Shown here: piece after piece, positions 48,448-58,171 of the stretch | Layout: every line of letters starts with the position of its first letter | Numbering within the stretch: position 1 is the stretch's first letter | From: an uncultured Bacilli bacterium | GTDB lineage: Bacteria; Bacillota_I; Bacilli_A; RF39; UBA660 | Reading direction: 5' to 3' | Length of the DNA: 64,000 nucleotides | Assembly: GCA_934086485.1 (NCBI GenBank) | Contig: CAKOIF010000001.1 | Location: forward strand, 55,438-119,437 | Notes under the pieces: generated by a model | Databases searched by the model: none | Told to the model about the DNA's origin: nothing | What the model saw: the letters and a program-made list of their open reading frames with translations, nothing else | Position numbers and translations under genes: made by a program

Positions 48448-50727
48448 ATGTTAAAACTAGAAAATATTACAAAAATTTATGAAGGAAAAAACTTTAAACA
48501 AATTGCTTTAAATGATGTTACTTTAGCGTTTCGTAATAATGAATTTGTATCAATATTAGGGCCAAGTGGATCTGGTAAAACAACACTTTTAAATATAATT
48601 GGTGGTCTTGATAAATATACTTATGGAAACTTGATTATTGATGGTGTAAGTACAAGAAAGTATAAAGAACGTGATTGGAATAATTATCGAAGTAAAAAAG
48701 TAGGTTTTATTTTTCAAAATTATAATTTAATAAACCATCAAACAGTACTATCTAATGTACTTCTTTCATTAAATATTGCTGGTAAACCTAAAAAAGAAAG
48801 TATAAAACTTGCTAAGAAAGTTTTAAATGATGTAGGACTCGAAAACTATATTAAAAAGAAACCTAAACATCTTTCCGGAGGTCAAATGCAAAGAGTGGCT
48901 ATAGCAAGAGCATTAGTAACAAACCCAGATATTATACTTTGTGATGAACCTACAGGAGCTCTTGATAGTCAAACATCAATCCAAATTATGGAACTTTTAA
49001 AGGAAATTTCTAAAGAAAAACTAGTAATAATGGTTACTCACAATGTTACCTTAGCAAATAAGTATTCAGATAGAGTAATTGCTTTAAATGATGGAGTTAT
49101 TACTTATGATACAAGTCCTTATGAAGTAGAAAATTACTCTTTAAAAAAAATTAAAAATAAAGGAAAAACAATGAATAAATTTACATCTCTTTCTTTATCC
49201 TTTAATAATTTACTTACAAAAAAATCAAGGACTTTATTAACTTCTTTCGCAGGCTCTATCGGTATAATTGGTATTGCTTTAGTACTTTCTTTATCTAAAG
49301 GTACTCAAAAATATATTAATAAAATAGAAAAAGAAACATTTTCTAAATACCCAATTTCTATTATGGAAAATTATATTGACTATCAAAATATGTTTGATAA
49401 AGAAAAAGAAAGTTGTAAAAATGGTAGTATTTGCTCTATAAATGATTTAACAAATAATGTAGTTAATGATAATAAAATAAATAGTATATCTAAATTTTCT
49501 AATATTTTAAAACAAAATTATGAGAATATTAATAATTATACATTAGATATAAATTATAACTATAATATAGATTTAAATATTTATAAAGATAATAAAATAA
49601 TAGAAAATTCATCTTTATATTTCAAAGAGTTTTTTGACTTTAATAGTCCTTTGTTAAAGGAATATACTTTAATTTATGGAAAACTACCTGAAAAATATAA
49701 TGAAATTGTTATTGTTACTGATGAAAATGGTAAACTTCCTTTGTCCCTTATGAAAAGTTTATTTATAAACAAAGATATAGATTTAAGTAAAAATATTAAT
49801 ATTTCTTATGAAAAAATAATTGATTCAAAGTTTAAATTAGCACCAGAAACTTCTTATTATATATATGAAAATGATACTTGGCAGTATATAAAAAATAATC
49901 AAGATAAAATAAATGATATTCTTGCTAAAAGTATAAATTTAAAAATTACTGGTATTTTAAAATTAAATAAAGATGCTGTTATAAGTGAAAGTGGATTTAT
50001 TGGTTACTCTAAAAAATTAATTAATTATTTAAATGATGAAGTAAATTCTTCGAATATTAAAAAATCTATTTTGGAAAATAAAGATATTAATCCTTTGACA
50101 AATGATTTATATGATGAAAATATGACTTATGAAAAGTTATTAGAAAGTATTAATGTTAATGATAAAAACCCTATAAAAATTGATATTTATCCTAAAGACT
50201 ATAAAAGTAAAGAAAAAATTGAAAGTATAATTAAAAAATATAATGAAGAAAATAGTAATGATAAAGTTTATTATACAGATTATTTAAAAGTCTTTATAAA
50301 TAGTATAACAAGTTTAATTAAGATGATTACTTATGTTTTAACAGCTTTTATTGGCGTAAGTTTAATAGTTTCATCAATTATGATATCAATAATTACTTAT
50401 ATAAGTGTTTTAGAAAGAACTAAAGAAATAGGTATTTTAAGAGCACTTGGTGCAAGTAAAAAAGATATAAAAAATATATTTAAAGCAGAAACTATAATTA
50501 TTGGTACTATTTCAGGATTTATTGGGGTAGGAGTAACACTTTTATTAGATAAAGTTATTGATAAAGTAATTAATAATTTAATGGGAATATCACATATAAC
50601 TTATTTACCATGGGATTATATATTTTATTTAATATTAATTAGTATTGTACTTTGTTTAATATCAGGATTAGTTCCAGCGAAAATAGCAAGTAAAAAAGAT
50701 CCAGTAATATCACTTCGTAGTGAATAA
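48448..50727 (+). CDS. ABC transporter, fused ATP-binding and FtsX-type permease (MacB-like)
   Basis: Walker A GPSGSGKTT, signature LSGGQMQR and Walker B ILCDEPTGALD. Large extracytoplasmic domain and C-terminal FtsX helices. ATG 48448 follows an AAGGAGG RBS. Confidence 0.85.
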   Translation: MLKLENITKIYEGKNFKQIALNDVTLAFRNNEFVSILGPSGSGKTTLLNIIGGLDKYTYGNLIIDGVSTRKYKERDWNNYRSKKVGFIFQNYNLINHQTVLSNVLLSLNIAGKPKKESIKLAKKVLNDVGLENYIKKKPKHLSGGQMQRVAIARALVTNPDIILCDEPTGALDSQTSIQIMELLKEISKEKLVIMVTHNVTLANKYSDRVIALNDGVITYDTSPYEVENYSLKKIKNKGKTMNKFTSLSLSFNNLLTKKSRTLLTSFAGSIGIIGIALVLSLSKGTQKYINKIEKETFSKYPISIMENYIDYQNMFDKEKESCKNGSICSINDLTNNVVNDNKINSISKFSNILKQNYENINNYTLDINYNYNIDLNIYKDNKIIENSSLYFKEFFDFNSPLLKEYTLIYGKLPEKYNEIVIVTDENGKLPLSLMKSLFINKDIDLSKNINISYEKIIDSKFKLAPETSYYIYENDTWQYIKNNQDKINDILAKSINLKITGILKLNKDAVISESGFIGYSKKLINYLNDEVNSSNIKKSILENKDINPLTNDLYDENMTYEKLLESINVNDKNPIKIDIYPKDYKSKEKIESIIKKYNEENSNDKVYYTDYLKVFINSITSLIKMITYVLTAFIGVSLIVSSIMISIITYISVLERTKEIGILRALGASKKDIKNIFKAETIIIGTISGFIGVGVTLLLDKVIDKVINNLMGISHITYLPWDYIFYLILISIVLCLISGLVPAKIASKKDPVISLRSE

Positions 50728-50732
50728 TATAA
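50692..50732 (+). repeat. 41-bp direct repeat, copy A (3' end of the ABC gene)
   Basis: AAAAAAGATCCAGTAATATCACTTCGTAGTGAATAATATAA matches 51717-51757 at 37 of 41 positions. Confidence 0.8.
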
Positions 50733-50840
50733 ATCATACACTTGTTAATAGAAGTTTATGATATAATTATATATAGATTGGTGTTATTGATAATGAACTA
50801 TTAATAAAACTTTAGTAAAATTTATAGGAGGTTAATTTTT

Positions 50841-51338
50841 ATGACAATAGTAGATAAAGAAGTATTAAAAAATGGAAATGTATTAAGAGGTTTAAGAGAT
50901 AGAGTTTTAGATAATCCAAAAGTTGAAAATATTTCCCCATTATTAGCTTGCATGATAGATTCTGATTTATATGTACCAATGAATTTAAATATTTCAGTTG
51001 AGGATGCCAAGACATTTAAAAATTCAAAAGTAGGGGATAAGGTTTCACTAAAAAATAAAATGAAAATGAGACCTGATTGGTTAAAAAATGAAGATGATTC
51101 TGATGATTTGTTTCTTCCAGTTTTTTCTAGCGTTGATGAAGCTACCGAGGAATATAATAAAAACTTTTCATGGATTAATTTATCACTTGATGATTGTATA
51201 GAGTTTGTTAAGTCTAATGATAAATGTGTTGGTATAGTTTTAGATGCTTATACAAAACCGTTTGTTATAACTGGAGATTTGCTTAAAATATTAGAAGATA
51301 TATTAAAAGATTACAGAAAAAATGAAGAAGATAAATAA
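50841..51338 (+). CDS. SseB-like family protein (tentative)
   Basis: 165 aa. The LYVPM and FLPVFSSVDEA segments resemble the SseB N-domain. This is a weak call. Confidence 0.4.
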   Translation: MTIVDKEVLKNGNVLRGLRDRVLDNPKVENISPLLACMIDSDLYVPMNLNISVEDAKTFKNSKVGDKVSLKNKMKMRPDWLKNEDDSDDLFLPVFSSVDEATEEYNKNFSWINLSLDDCIEFVKSNDKCVGIVLDAYTKPFVITGDLLKILEDILKDYRKNEEDK

Positions 51339-51386
51339 CAGTTTATCTCATGTGGTGATAAAAAAAAGAAAAGGGAGGTATTTTAA

Positions 51387-51656
51387 ATGAATACTATTGA
51401 TTATTTAATAACAGCTGATGGTGTAATTGAAAGAGGGATATTTTACAATTATATGCATAATTTAGGTTTTAAAGATAATATAAATCTTACAAGAGAATAT
51501 ATGATAAATAGTGATTATCCTTTTGGAGTTTGCTTGAAAAATAAGGAAATGATGGTAATTGAAAGTGCTACTAATTGTTATTTAATGCAGAAAAATAATA
51601 AAGTAAAAACTGTGGAAGAATTTAAAAAGATAATAAATCTATTAAATATAAAATAA
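51387..51656 (+). CDS. hypothetical protein
   Basis: 89-aa ORF with GGGAGG RBS. Confidence 0.45.
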   Translation: MNTIDYLITADGVIERGIFYNYMHNLGFKDNINLTREYMINSDYPFGVCLKNKEMMVIESATNCYLMQKNNKVKTVEEFKKIINLLNIK

Positions 51657-51716
51657 TAGAGATGATATAGCAAGTAATATAGAAAATTATTTCTTGAATT
51701 TGAAGTTGCTACAAAG

Positions 51717-51757
51717 AAAAAAGAACCAGTAATATCACTTCGTAGAAAGTAATATAA
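51717..51757 (+). repeat. 41-bp direct repeat, copy B (relic of an FtsX-permease 3' end)
   Basis: Would encode KKEPVISLRRK-stop, compared with KKDPVISLRSE-stop at the real gene end. Confidence 0.8.
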
Positions 51758-51765
51758 TTATAGTA

Positions 51766-52845
51766 ATGAAAAAGTTAAAAATATTACTTTTAATTATTGT
51801 TACTATTATGGCTTTGTATGGCATTATTATGATATATTCGGCATCAAGTATTTGGGCACAATATAAGTTTAGTGATGCATTTCATTTTGCAAAATATCAA
51901 TTTATCTTTTTTATTATAAGTTTTTTATGTATGTTAATTGTTAAAAAAATTGACTATAATTTGTATAAGAAACATTCAAATAAAATTCTTTTGTTAAGTT
52001 TTATTTTATTAATATTAGTTTTAATTCCTGGCATTGGAACACTTAGAAATGGTTCAAGAAGTTGGTTTAAAATAGGACCATTTGGTCTTCAACCTAGTGA
52101 AATAGCTAAAATAAGTTTAATTATTTTCCTTTCAAAATATTTAGAGAAAAATCAAAATAATTTAAGTAATATTAAAAAAAGTATATTACCAGTTTTGGGA
52201 ATTATTTTCTTATTCTTTGGACTTATCATGCTAGAACCTGATTTTGGTACAGGAATGGTTATTGTTTTATCACTTATGCTTATTTTATTTATAAGTGGTG
52301 TTAAACTTAAATTTTTTGCTTCATTAGGTATATTAGGAATTTTAGGAATAGCAGGGCTTATTATTATTGCACCATATCGTCTTAAAAGAATAATATCATT
52401 TTTAAATCCATGGTCAGATCCCTTAGGTAGTGGTTATCAAATTATTCAATCACTTTATGCTATAGGACCAGCAAGTCTTTTAGGGCTTGGTTTTGGTAAA
52501 TCTATTCAAAAACAATTTTATCTTCCTGAACCGCAAACTGATTTTATATTTGCTATTATTTGTGAGGAATTTGGCCTTGTCGGAGCAATAAGCGTTATAA
52601 TTTTATTTATTAGTTTATTTTATATTATTTTAAAAATATCATTAAAACAAAGTAATTTATTTGCAAAATATTTATCATTTGGGCTTGGCATGCAAATAAT
52701 ACTTCAGGCATCTCTTAATTTATGTGTAGTTACCTCACTTATACCAGTTACTGGAGTAACACTTCCATTTTTTTCTTATGGTGGAAGTTCACTACTTGTT
52801 AGTATGATAAGTATTGGAATAATCCTTAATATCTGTGAAAGTTAA
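51766..52845 (+). CDS. FtsW/RodA/SpoVE-family peptidoglycan glycosyltransferase
   Basis: 10-TM SEDS protein with motifs GSRSWF, QPSE.AK, EPDFGT, PE..TDFIF and LPFFSYGGSS. Confidence 0.85.
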   Translation: MKKLKILLLIIVTIMALYGIIMIYSASSIWAQYKFSDAFHFAKYQFIFFIISFLCMLIVKKIDYNLYKKHSNKILLLSFILLILVLIPGIGTLRNGSRSWFKIGPFGLQPSEIAKISLIIFLSKYLEKNQNNLSNIKKSILPVLGIIFLFFGLIMLEPDFGTGMVIVLSLMLILFISGVKLKFFASLGILGILGIAGLIIIAPYRLKRIISFLNPWSDPLGSGYQIIQSLYAIGPASLLGLGFGKSIQKQFYLPEPQTDFIFAIICEEFGLVGAISVIILFISLFYIILKISLKQSNLFAKYLSFGLGMQIILQASLNLCVVTSLIPVTGVTLPFFSYGGSSLLVSMISIGIILNICES

Positions 52846-52891
52846 TAATTTTTATTTAGTTAATTATAAAAAATAATTTGAGTTTTTCAAA

Positions 52892-53860
52892 TTATTTTTT
52901 TATTGTTCTTATAAAAGTATCACTTTCATTTGGAACAATTAATTTAGATTCTATTGCGTCAAGATAATCTAAATGAGTATATAAATCAAGTGAAATAATA
53001 TTCTTATAATCCTCAATAGTTTTTTCTTTATTAATTTGATACTTATCATATAATTCTAATGCAAATAGGGAACTTATTACATATTTTGCAATATCTTCAT
53101 ATGAAGAGCTATATACTTTTCTTAGTTCTTCTTTAGTAATATTTTTATTTTGATATAACAATTTAAAAAAATGATTATCAATATTTTTAATTTGTTCTAT
53201 ATGTATAAATCTATTAATATTATATTTAAAATATAAATCTTTTGCTTCATTAATTAAGTTTTCTATTATTATTTTTTTTACTTCATTAATATCATCTTTA
53301 TTAAAACCATTATTTACTAGATAATCACAAAGTATAAGTTCTAAGAAAACACTTTCTATTTCTTCGAAGTGTGTTCTTGCTTCATTATTATATAGTTTTG
53401 GATTTTTTTTCATATTTAATGCATGTCCATATTCATGTACTAGAGTAAATATATCCTCAATAGTTTTTGATCTAGTCATTTTTATTTTAATATTATCATT
53501 ATTAAGATATGTTATACCAACAAAATTTCTAATTGGATTATTTGCTGCAAAAATAATATTTTTATCTTTATTAATAAATAAACTAATAAAATTACTAAAA
53601 AGTTCATCATCTAATTGTTTAAAAAATTCATATACTGTTTCAAATAATAATTTTGCATTTACTCTTTGATTAAAAAACTCTAATTGATATGAATTATAAT
53701 TATTTTCCTTTAAAAAAGTACTTAAAAATTCTTCATAATAAAGTGAGTTTTCAACTTTAATATTATCTAAATATATTTTATTTCTTAAAAAGAACTTAGA
53801 AATGTGTTTATCATTTTCATTTTCTTTTTTTTCTACTATATTAATATTATTCATTATCAT
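52892..53860 (-). CDS. HEXXH zinc metallopeptidase (M3-like), tandem paralog 2
   Basis: TLVHEYGHALNM motif with downstream E. Paralog of 53847..54782. Confidence 0.6.
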   Translation of the reverse strand: MIMNNINIVEKKENENDKHISKFFLRNKIYLDNIKVENSLYYEEFLSTFLKENNYNSYQLEFFNQRVNAKLLFETVYEFFKQLDDELFSNFISLFINKDKNIIFAANNPIRNFVGITYLNNDNIKIKMTRSKTIEDIFTLVHEYGHALNMKKNPKLYNNEARTHFEEIESVFLELILCDYLVNNGFNKDDINEVKKIIIENLINEAKDLYFKYNINRFIHIEQIKNIDNHFFKLLYQNKNITKEELRKVYSSSYEDIAKYVISSLFALELYDKYQINKEKTIEDYKNIISLDLYTHLDYLDAIESKLIVPNESDTFIRTIKK

Positions 53861-54782
53861 CTTTCTTTCTAATTAATTTTCTAACATTTTCTCCATAACT
53901 AATAGGAACTCCTATACTTTTTAAATATTCTTTTGATTTATTATTTTTACATAAAATTCTTTTATAAAGATAAAAGGCTTTTTCAGGATCTTTTAAATAA
54001 ATATCATAAAGACCATAAACATATAAATCACTTATTGCATAACATGCTTGATATGTAAATGGATTAGAGTAGATATATTTTAGGTATAAGTAAAATTCAT
54101 TATAATTAAGTTTATCTTTATTTTTTAGAATTTGAAATATTTTTTTATAAAGTAAGTTATCATATGGAAATATATTTTCTTCTTTCATAAAATCATATAT
54201 ATCGTATTTTAATGAAGTTTGATCACTGGTTCCTTGAGTAACAGCACAATACATATTAATTAATTTTGATGTTTCCTCATCATTAATAGTATTCATTAAG
54301 TAAAAGTCTGATAATAGTTCTAAAAATTTACTTTCAATTTCTCTATAATAATGTGCTTTAATTCCTTCGGTATTAGATATCATTGATAAAGCGTGACCAT
54401 ATTCATGAACTAAAGTATACACATCTTCAATAGTTTCAGTTTGACCGGCCACTATATAAATATTACCATTTTTAATATTAGTATACCCACCAGCATCCTT
54501 TAAATCTTTTTTAGTGAATATAACATTATTGTTTCTTACTTTAAACATACTTAAAAACTTTTTGAATATTTCTTTATCAAGAGTAGCAAAAAAATCATGA
54601 GTAAGCATAAAAACATCTTCTTTAGAGTATTTTTTACTAAATTTTGGAATATCAATGTCCTCATCAATATTGCTATTATAAATATGCTGTTCAAAAGGTA
54701 ATGCACTTGTTTCTATTTCGATATTATCCCAAGCAATATAATCTTTAGTATTTAATTTTATGTCACCATATTCTGATTTCAT
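53847..54782 (-). CDS. HEXXH zinc metallopeptidase (M3-like), tandem paralog 1
   Basis: TLVHEYGHALSM motif. Overlaps the downstream paralog by 14 nt. Confidence 0.6.
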   Translation of the reverse strand: MKSEYGDIKLNTKDYIAWDNIEIETSALPFEQHIYNSNIDEDIDIPKFSKKYSKEDVFMLTHDFFATLDKEIFKKFLSMFKVRNNNVIFTKKDLKDAGGYTNIKNGNIYIVAGQTETIEDVYTLVHEYGHALSMISNTEGIKAHYYREIESKFLELLSDFYLMNTINDEETSKLINMYCAVTQGTSDQTSLKYDIYDFMKEENIFPYDNLLYKKIFQILKNKDKLNYNEFYLYLKYIYSNPFTYQACYAISDLYVYGLYDIYLKDPEKAFYLYKRILCKNNKSKEYLKSIGVPISYGENVRKLIRKKDDNE

Positions 54783-54846
54783 TATATCTCCTTTACGTAG
54801 GTAATGTTTATTATATCAAAATTATTTGCAAATGCAATATAGTAAA

Positions 54847-54855
54847 TGTTATAAT
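54847..54855 (+). promoter_or_regulatory. extended -10 promoter for the glmS leader
   Basis: TGTTATAAT. Confidence 0.5.
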
Positions 54856-54897
54856 TAATATACAAATTATAAAATGTGAAAGGAGTTAGTTTTTTTA

Positions 54898-55005
54898 TAA
54901 TAGCGCATGGCCTATTTAGGTGACGAGGACTTACATTGTCGATTTATCAGCGGATATGTAAGCGGAGCAGTTTTACTTCGGAAAATACTTTAAAAAAATA
55001 AAATC
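54898..55005 (+). ncRNA. glmS ribozyme: glmS ribozyme (GlcN6P-dependent self-cleaving leader)
   Basis: A/GCGC cleavage-site context at 54902-54906. Conserved core GGTGACGAGGA..TGTCGATTTATCAGCGGATATG with complementary CTTACA/TGTAAG arms. Lies directly upstream of glmS. Boundaries are approximate. Confidence 0.8.
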
Positions 55006-55051
55006 AAAATTATAACAAAGAGGTATTTAATAAAACAAGAAAGGAATTTTT

Positions 55052-56803
55052 ATGTGTGGAATTGTAGGTTACAAAGGTAATCAAAATAGCATTCCTGTTT
55101 TATTAAATGGGTTAAAATCTTTAGAATATAGAGGCTATGATTCAGCAGGACTTGCTTATATAAACGGGGGTAAAATAACAATTAAAAAAGCTATAGGAAG
55201 GGTTAAAAATCTTGAGAATTTAGTTACTAACGAAGACTATGGAAATATTGGTATTGCTCATACAAGATGGGCAACTCATGGGGGAGTAACAGATAAAAAT
55301 GCTCATCCTCATAAACAAGGTAAAATAACTTTAGTACATAATGGTATTATTGAAAATTATAAAGAACTAAGTGAAAAGATTGATACAAAATTATTAAGTG
55401 AAACTGATACAGAAATATTATGTGCTTATATAAATAAGTTATATAATGAAAATCACAATATGCTTAAGACTTTAGCAAAACTTAAAAATGATATAAAGGG
55501 TAGTTATGCACTTGCAATAATTAATGAAGATGAACCAGATACTTTATATGGGGTTCGTAAAAATGTACCATTAATACTCGCTAAAAACGATAATGAATAT
55601 TTTTTAGTATCTGATATGACTGCAGCACTTAAATATACAAATAAATTTTATTTACTTGAAAATGATGAAATTGTTAAAATTTCTGATAAAGAATATATTT
55701 ATGATAGTGATCTTAATCTATTAAAGAAAGAACTTTTAACTTTTGAGGGAACAAGTAATGATGTTATGCTTAAGGGTTATCCTCATTTTATGTTAAAGGA
55801 AATTCATGAAGAACCAATGGTTATTAATAATATTTTATCTTATTATTTAACTGATGGTAAGTTTAATGAAAATATGCCTGAATTTAAAAAATATAAAAAT
55901 ATTTATTTTGTAGGATGTGGAAGTGCTAGTTATACTGCAGACATTGCTAAAAAAGTATTTGAAAATTATGCAAATATTAAATGTGAAGTATTTTTAGCAA
56001 GTGAATTTAGATATCAAAAACATTTTTATGATAAAGATACATTAGTTGTATTTATTTCACAGTCAGGAGAAACTGCGGACACTTTAGAGGCTCTTAGAAT
56101 TACTAAAAGTGATGGTATAGATACATTAGCTATTGTTAATGTAGTGGGTTCTTCGATTGCTAGGGAAGCAGGTAAAGTATTATATATTAAAGCAGGAACT
56201 GAAATAGCTGTGGCCACGACAAAAGCATTTACAGCCCAATATTTACTTCTTACACTTATTGCTCTTAAAATGGCTGGTATAAATGATTTAAGCAAGTTTT
56301 ATAAAATAAATGAAGCATTAGAAACTGTATTTGCTATAGACTTTCAAAAATATGCAGAAAAAATATATACTAAAAAAGATGCGTTCTTTATTGGTAGGGG
56401 AATAGATTATGGTTTATGTGAAGAGGGAAGTCTTAAGTTAAAGGAAATAAGTTATATAAACTCGTCTGCATTTGCTTCTGGAGAACTTAAACATGGTACT
56501 ATATCATTAATTGAAAAAGATACTCCAGTTATGGGAATAATAACTGATGATAATCTTGCTCTAAAAACAATTAGTAATATAAAAGAGGTTCATGCAAGGG
56601 GAGCATATAGTTTATTTATTACAAGTTTAGATATTGATGGTGACTTTTATGATGATAAAATTAAAGTACCTCATATAAATAATTATATTGATCCTATTTT
56701 AATTGTGGCAAGTTTGCAACTTCTTGCATATAATGTTGCTCTTTTAAAAGGCGAGGATATAGATAAACCAAGAAATTTAGCTAAAAGTGTTACTGTGGAA
56801 TAA
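55052..56803 (+). CDS. glmS: glutamine--fructose-6-phosphate aminotransferase
   Basis: Begins MCGIVGY (N-terminal Cys), has two SIS domains and ends KSVTVE. Confidence 0.95.
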   Translation: MCGIVGYKGNQNSIPVLLNGLKSLEYRGYDSAGLAYINGGKITIKKAIGRVKNLENLVTNEDYGNIGIAHTRWATHGGVTDKNAHPHKQGKITLVHNGIIENYKELSEKIDTKLLSETDTEILCAYINKLYNENHNMLKTLAKLKNDIKGSYALAIINEDEPDTLYGVRKNVPLILAKNDNEYFLVSDMTAALKYTNKFYLLENDEIVKISDKEYIYDSDLNLLKKELLTFEGTSNDVMLKGYPHFMLKEIHEEPMVINNILSYYLTDGKFNENMPEFKKYKNIYFVGCGSASYTADIAKKVFENYANIKCEVFLASEFRYQKHFYDKDTLVVFISQSGETADTLEALRITKSDGIDTLAIVNVVGSSIAREAGKVLYIKAGTEIAVATTKAFTAQYLLLTLIALKMAGINDLSKFYKINEALETVFAIDFQKYAEKIYTKKDAFFIGRGIDYGLCEEGSLKLKEISYINSSAFASGELKHGTISLIEKDTPVMGIITDDNLALKTISNIKEVHARGAYSLFITSLDIDGDFYDDKIKVPHINNYIDPILIVASLQLLAYNVALLKGEDIDKPRNLAKSVTVE

Positions 56804-56830
56804 AGTAGCACTTTTTTCATATTATTAATT

Positions 56831-57349
56831 ATGGATTTAATTATTAGTTTTTTATTTGTTTCTATTATTGGCACGCTTTTTCATTTTACATACGATTATT
56901 TTAATCATAATAAGGTTGCATCAATTTTTTCGGCAGTTAATGAAAGTACGTGGGAACATATTAAGATGGGACTTTCATCAGCACTTTTATTTAGTATTTT
57001 TGATGGATTTAAATATGGTAAAATTGGTACATATTTTTTTGCTAAATCAGTAAGTTTACTTATGATAATCTTGATTATACCCATACTTTTTTATGGTTTT
57101 AAATTACTTTTTAAACGAAGTTTTCTTATTATAGATATCTTAATATTTTATATTGCTACATTTTTAAGTTCTTATTTATTTTTCTATATAATCAGAAATA
57201 TTAAAGAAATATATATTTTAAATTATATTGGTTGCATTGTGTTATTTATTATATTTAGTTTATATTTACTTTTTACAATTATGCCACTCAAAAATGAATT
57301 ATTTTTAGATCCAATTACTAAAAAATATGGTTTAGATAGCAAAAGATAG
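56831..57349 (+). CDS. integral membrane protein of unknown function
   Basis: 172 aa with 4-5 TM helices. Confidence 0.55.
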   Translation: MDLIISFLFVSIIGTLFHFTYDYFNHNKVASIFSAVNESTWEHIKMGLSSALLFSIFDGFKYGKIGTYFFAKSVSLLMIILIIPILFYGFKLLFKRSFLIIDILIFYIATFLSSYLFFYIIRNIKEIYILNYIGCIVLFIIFSLYLLFTIMPLKNELFLDPITKKYGLDSKR

Positions 57350-57384
57350 TTTTATCATTTTAATTATTATGATAAACTATTGTT

Positions 57385-58119
57385 ATGAAGAAAGTATTTT
57401 TTATTATTAATATTATTTTATGTGTTATATCATTTTTATATGGAATATCTATTTTAAATGTAAATTCAGGTACTCTTTTTTACTTAATTTGGTTTTTAAT
57501 TAGTGCATTTTTTATTATTATAGATTTACTTATTTACTTTAAAGTATTTGAAAAATATAAAGTTTTTAAAAAAATTTTTATCTGGGTATGTTCTATTGGA
57601 ATTTGCATATTTTTAGTTATTCTTAGTTTGATTATAAGTAAAATGAATGTAAAAGTAGTAAAAAACTTGGATTATATTATCGTTTTAGGTGCTCAAGTTA
57701 AAGAAAGTGGCCCTAGTGTAGTTTTAAGATATCGACTTGATAGAGCAGTAAGTTATTTAAAAGAAAATGATAATACTTTAGTAATAGTTTCTGGTGGGCA
57801 AGGTGCAAATGAAAAAGCTACCGAAGCAAGTGTTATGAAAGAATATCTAATTAATAAAGGTATAAATGAAGATAGAATTATTATTGAAGATCAAAGTAAT
57901 ACCACTAAAGAGAATTTAATTAATTCTAAAAAAATAATTGGTAATGACAAATCTATAGGAATAGTTACAAATAATTTTCATATGTATAGAGCCCTTTTGA
58001 TAGGAAAAAAGTATGGAGTTAATGCAGTAGGTATTCCCTCAAAATCTAATAGTTATTACCTTCCTAACAACCTTTTAAGGGAAGTATTTGCATATATAAA
58101 GTTTATTATATTAGGGTAA
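57385..58119 (+). CDS. YdcF/DUF218-family protein with N-terminal TM segments
   Basis: IIVLGAQV..VSGGQG..E motif typical of the DUF218 (SanA/ElyC-like) family. Confidence 0.7.
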   Translation: MKKVFFIINIILCVISFLYGISILNVNSGTLFYLIWFLISAFFIIIDLLIYFKVFEKYKVFKKIFIWVCSIGICIFLVILSLIISKMNVKVVKNLDYIIVLGAQVKESGPSVVLRYRLDRAVSYLKENDNTLVIVSGGQGANEKATEASVMKEYLINKGINEDRIIIEDQSNTTKENLINSKKIIGNDKSIGIVTNNFHMYRALLIGKKYGVNAVGIPSKSNSYYLPNNLLREVFAYIKFIILG

Positions 58120-58171
58120 TTGAATTTATCCTTTTTTTATGGTACAATAATTTCACTTTATGGGGGTAATT

